Source: Aduncisulcus paluster (taxonomy: Eukaryota). From it: a stretch of 35,553 nucleotides of DNA. The DNA lies in contig BQXS01011679.1 in assembly GCA_024181965.1 (NCBI GenBank), forward strand, positions 1-35,553, written 5' to 3'. Positions 31,801 to 35,553 of this stretch are shown here, in pieces. Under the pieces are notes generated by a model that was given only the letters and a program-made list of their open reading frames with translations, ran no database searches and had not been told where the DNA came from. The stretch's first letter is position 1. Every line of letters begins with the position of its first letter. The position numbers were made by a program, and so were the translations under genes.

Positions 31801-34800
31801 CTGTGATGGATTATTCTCCGCCATTGATTCTGATGCTGGTCTTGACAAAATCCGTTCTGAACTGGCCTCCTCCCAGGATCCAGTCGGTGAAGGAGGTGAT
31901 CTTATAGCCACTCTTTCAAGCTCTATTCTATCCTCCTTATCTTCCTCACACTCTTTCTCTTCTTCCTCTTCGCCCTTTGCATGCATTGTTCTCCTCTCGC
32001 TTCATTCCTTGTGTGGGTCTCTATCCCTGCTCCAGACAGAGAGGAACTTGCCTTGGTGGAAGGAAGGGCATGACATGAATGCAGCGTTAAAGGAGATTGC
32101 TGAGGAAGGGTTCGAAAAAGAGAAGGAGATTAAGGAAGCTGAAGCTACAGCCGTGGATTCCACGAATGGGGATACAGGATCGACTTCAGGTGGGAAGAGT
32201 TCTGGTGCAAAGAAGAAAGGAGGTGATTCAAGTGGTGGTGCTAAGAAAGGCAAAGGGTCTTCGTCGAATGTTCAAGCCACTGACATCTCTTTGTGGTCTC
32301 GTTGGGACAAAGAACTGACTATTTCTCTCCGAAGTGCATTCATTCGTCTTCTTCCCAGTGTTCAAATGTTGAAAGAGAACCATGAGGATTCAGATAGCAA
32401 GAAGGTCAATACCGGAGTGTTTGGCTCTGCTGATATCGGTGAGTTATTCCGTGCTGTTCAGTTGATTGCAGATGAAATGTCAAGGTGTTGTTCCACCATT
32501 TCTTGTGCTTCTTCCCCCTCAGACCTTGATGTTCGAAAGAAGGATAAGTTGAGCGTTGATTCAAGCTTCTCTGAATTTGTTCTAAGGAGCTATGTTTCTC
32601 AGACATCAAATCCTGATTCAGCTTCTGTTATCTCCCAACATTGTGCTATTGTCAGCAATTCTTCATTGCACAAGGCTTCTTCTTGTGTGTCATTCGCTCC
32701 TTTATTCCCAATTGTTGGATTGTGTGCAGCCATTGTGACATGCCATGCTATATCCCACACATACAATATTTCACCTCTCCAGTCATCGTGTCTGGCTGTT
32801 TGTGATTCCCTTTGTGCCTGGGAATTGTACACTCCGCCTAGGATCCTCTTCTCCCTTGCTCAGCTTTGTATTAGAGTCTGTAAGAAGAGTATGAATACCG
32901 TCATGAAACAGAGCTTTAGGAAACATCCTCATTATGGGACAACTCAAACATTTGCAACGACAGTGAAGGCTAAGAATCCCATTTACGATACTCGGACATA
33001 TGCTTCGAGGAATTATGTCAATCCACGTTCCAAGAAGAGTCATCTGGATGATAAGGCTGGCAGGATTCGTTCCGTGTTCCATGACCAAACTCTTCGTGCC
33101 TGTGCGTTAGATAGTACTGGGCATGCTCCTTCAACTCTAACCAGACCTCCCATACCATCGCAGCAACCTGTCCTCTCCCACGTCCCTTTCTCTGGCTCTG
33201 GTGTGAGTGATCCGTTCAATTGTTCCGAGGATACTGATGGAATGGTCAAGGTTCAGAGCTGGAGTGTTGCCTTGTCGATGTTATGTGCTAGTTTGATGCC
33301 CTGTGAATGGATTCAAGAGAGAGGGTGGGTGTCAAAACATCAAGATGAAGCTATTATTCTTGAGCCTAGGCCTCTAGAGCTTGAGGATGAGTATGAAGAA
33401 GAGTATGACTCCGAATGTGAGGATGGATTCAAGTTCACACCGAGAAAGAAAGGTGGTGTCGGTGGTGGTATCCACTCAGAATTTGAGGATGACTTTGAAT
33501 ATGCGTATGAATATGAATATGATGAAGAATCGAATGATGAAGAAAAAATGGATGTTCCTTTGCAAATTGATGATGCAATGATTCGATTGAAACCTTCCAA
33601 TCCTCTTCTCGTCTCCTCTCTCATATCTAACTCACTATCACATCCCCCTCAGCTTGTTCAGACTCACTCCAACCTAATCAAGTCAATTTGTGAGGGAGAG
33701 TGGATCCGAGACATATTTGATGTGTCATCTGTTGAAGACTCGGAGATTGACGTTATTCATAATATTATTGACGGAAGATTCGACAATCTAATCACTGATG
33801 TCTCGGCTGTTGAACGATTGGTCAGAGTGGCTATTCAGATTCGCCAAGAATGTTTGGGTATATCCCAGGCTGGCTCCTTACAATTGGCCAGCACTGGAGC
33901 TTCCTTGTCTGGACAAGTTGTTACCCAACTTCTCTCTGATCTTAAGGAGGCTCTGGATGCTTGGAAGGATGTCATGAGGATGAAAACGTGTGTTTTACTC
34001 GGATATGAAGGCCATGAAACCTCTCAAAGATCCAGCGAAGAGACAATGGATGAAAAGGAACAAGATATTATCGGTGGAAGTAAGAGGACTACTAAACGTA
34101 GGACCAAGATTAAGATTAGCAAACATATTGACAATACCAACAAAGAAACAAAGAAACAACAAACACTTAAGATGGCTAAAACGAAAGAGAAGAAATATTC
34201 CAAGGCAAAGAAAACACCTTCACCTCGTGTGTATTTATATCCTTTATTCCTCTCCCCTGTTGAATCTTATCTCGTATCCTCTGTCCTTCACTCTGCTCTA
34301 GTATCCCTGCAAGTTCACATGAAGAAATTGATATTATCCAAACGCCTTAGAGTTGGTACTAAACAATGCTCTGATATGTGTTCTGGTATTGTAAGTATTG
34401 TTAATGATATTTCTGAGATGATTGGGTGTCCCTCTCTGGAAATTCCTTCATTGATGCTGCAAAATAAGCAAACTACTCTGATTCATGACAATATTCGTTA
34501 TGAAAAAGTTGTCAGTTATAGCGTTAAGGAATCCTATATCAAATATCGTGGGCAGAAAATGATCAAACGTCGTAAGGTTAAGGTAACTCGGATGACAAAA
34601 ATAAGGCCTGATGAATACCCAGGTGTTCCTAAGCTTGTATTTCCTTATGGAACATGCACTTCCCCTTCGTCAAGCGCTTTACTTTCAGCTGCTTTACTCT
34701 CTATTTCATCCGTTATAGCCTTAGTCATTGAAAAAACAGCTCCAATTCCTCATTCCCAAGGTAAGATTTCCACACTTAATAGTTTGACCTATTCACTCGC

Positions 34801-35553
34801 AGCAACTATTGATTCTTCTCTTAAATCTGCTCGAAAATCCCTTGACCTACTTTCTCTCTGTCACATGACTTCTCTTCCTTCCTCCACCAATGATTCTGGC
34901 AATTCCAAGCTATTGAGTGATATTCCTTCAGGGATCGTCTCCTCAGGGTCTCAGTATCAACTTCTCAATCCCATGACTTCAGTCCTCTCCCTCATGCGCA
35001 CACTCATATTCTCATCATACAACTTGTGCCAAAGTGTTTCTGAATGTGTCAAGATGTGTATTTGTGGTTCCGGAAAGAAAGAAAGGAAGAGGAAACAAGA
35101 GAAGGTGCTTACTTTCGGTGAAGCTCACACTCACGGGGTTCTGTTTGCCTCTTTAACTCGTGTCTGTGTGTCATTGTCTGGTTGGTTACGTGGATGGAGT
35201 GGTGACAGCTCAAGCACTGGTTCAACAGCTACCAAGAGCAAGGATAAAGCAGGAAAAGCCGGGAAAGCTGGAAAAGGTGCTAAAAGTGGGAGTGGAAATG
35301 AAGAGGAAGAAACTCCAAGTTGGATTGGTGAATTCTCTGATCTTGTTGATATTCTTCCTACTTTGAGACCGTTAGCTGGCAAAGAAACCTCAAACACACT
35401 TGGTCTTGTTGAATTGTATCCTGAATCGAACTCTATGGTCCTGTGTCTGTTGGCTGATGATTGCTGTGAAAATGCTGCGAAAAAGGAGAAGTTTAGACTT
35501 GGACTTATCGAGAAGGAGAAACAACGACGTGAACAGATCAGAAAAACTCGGCG
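28822..35553 (+). CDS. Very large hypothetical protein (>2000 aa, 3' end beyond the window), mostly absent from the ORF track
   Basis: ATG at 28822. After collapsing the overlaps at the gaps 29965-29984 and 31482-31501, the frame continues (DAIVHAKAVLFSVIG...) and is still open at the last bases (QRREQIRKTR). The track lists no terminated ORF in this frame. Helical Cys/Ser/Leu-rich blocks alternate with K/G-rich and acidic linkers. Confidence 0.85.
29657..30292. repeat. Assembly overlap: 29657-29964 duplicated as 29985-30292 across a 20-N gap
   Basis: Exact 308-bp duplication; the offset of 328 breaks the reading frame artificially. Confidence 0.9.
31166..31817. repeat. Assembly overlap: 31166-31481 duplicated as 31502-31817 across a 20-N gap
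   Basis: Exact 316-bp duplication; the offset of 336 preserves the frame. Confidence 0.9.

Noticed and set aside
6135-31817. Six direct repeats of 194-391 bp that look like tandem duplications or LTR pairs
   Set aside because: Each pair is exactly identical and separated by a uniform 20-N spacer, the signature of unmerged overlapping contig ends.
22835-33624. Many short antisense F/L/S-rich ORFs over the kinesin and the giant gene
   Set aside because: They are shadows of GAA/AAG-rich coiled-coil and acidic coding sequence on the plus strand.
7122-35553. Alternative genetic code (TAA/TAG = Gln, as in hexamitid diplomonads) as the cause of broken ORFs
   Set aside because: Conserved genes (DNAI2, PP4, RPB6, MFS, G3PDH) end at TAA at the expected positions, and the breaks are frame changes rather than in-frame stops.

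Overview
Gene-dense, AT-rich, intron-poor nuclear scaffold from a flagellated unicellular eukaryote, using the standard genetic code. The expanded tandem kinases and gene style suggest a free-living fornicate/metamonad such as Aduncisulcus, but this is unverified inference. Contents from left to right: a type II membrane protein (-); a nuclear RNase P RNA gene (+, ~2228-2555), invisible to the ORF track; a ~1.04 kb non-autonomous Mutator-like element with a 9-bp TSD, 74 bp downstream of that gene; axonemal dynein intermediate chain DNAI2 (-); a triple-kinase-domain gene whose first, pseudokinase domain is broken by two compensating frameshifts (-); an alpha2delta/CACHD1-like Cache+VWA surface protein (-); FAD-dependent glycerol-3-phosphate dehydrogenase (+); an MFS sugar porter (+); a PP4-type phosphatase catalytic subunit with altered SAPNY and C-terminal motifs (+); a CENP-E/kinesin-7-like motor (+); RPB6 (-); and a >2000-aa unknown protein running off the window (+). 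All four introns found lie near gene 5' ends and have GTATGT donors. All six 20-N gaps are flanked by exact 194-391 bp overlaps, which are scaffolding artefacts that create false ORF fragments. No clearly new multi-gene system is evident. The strongest unannotated signals are the RNase P RNA and the adjacent transposon with unusual termini.
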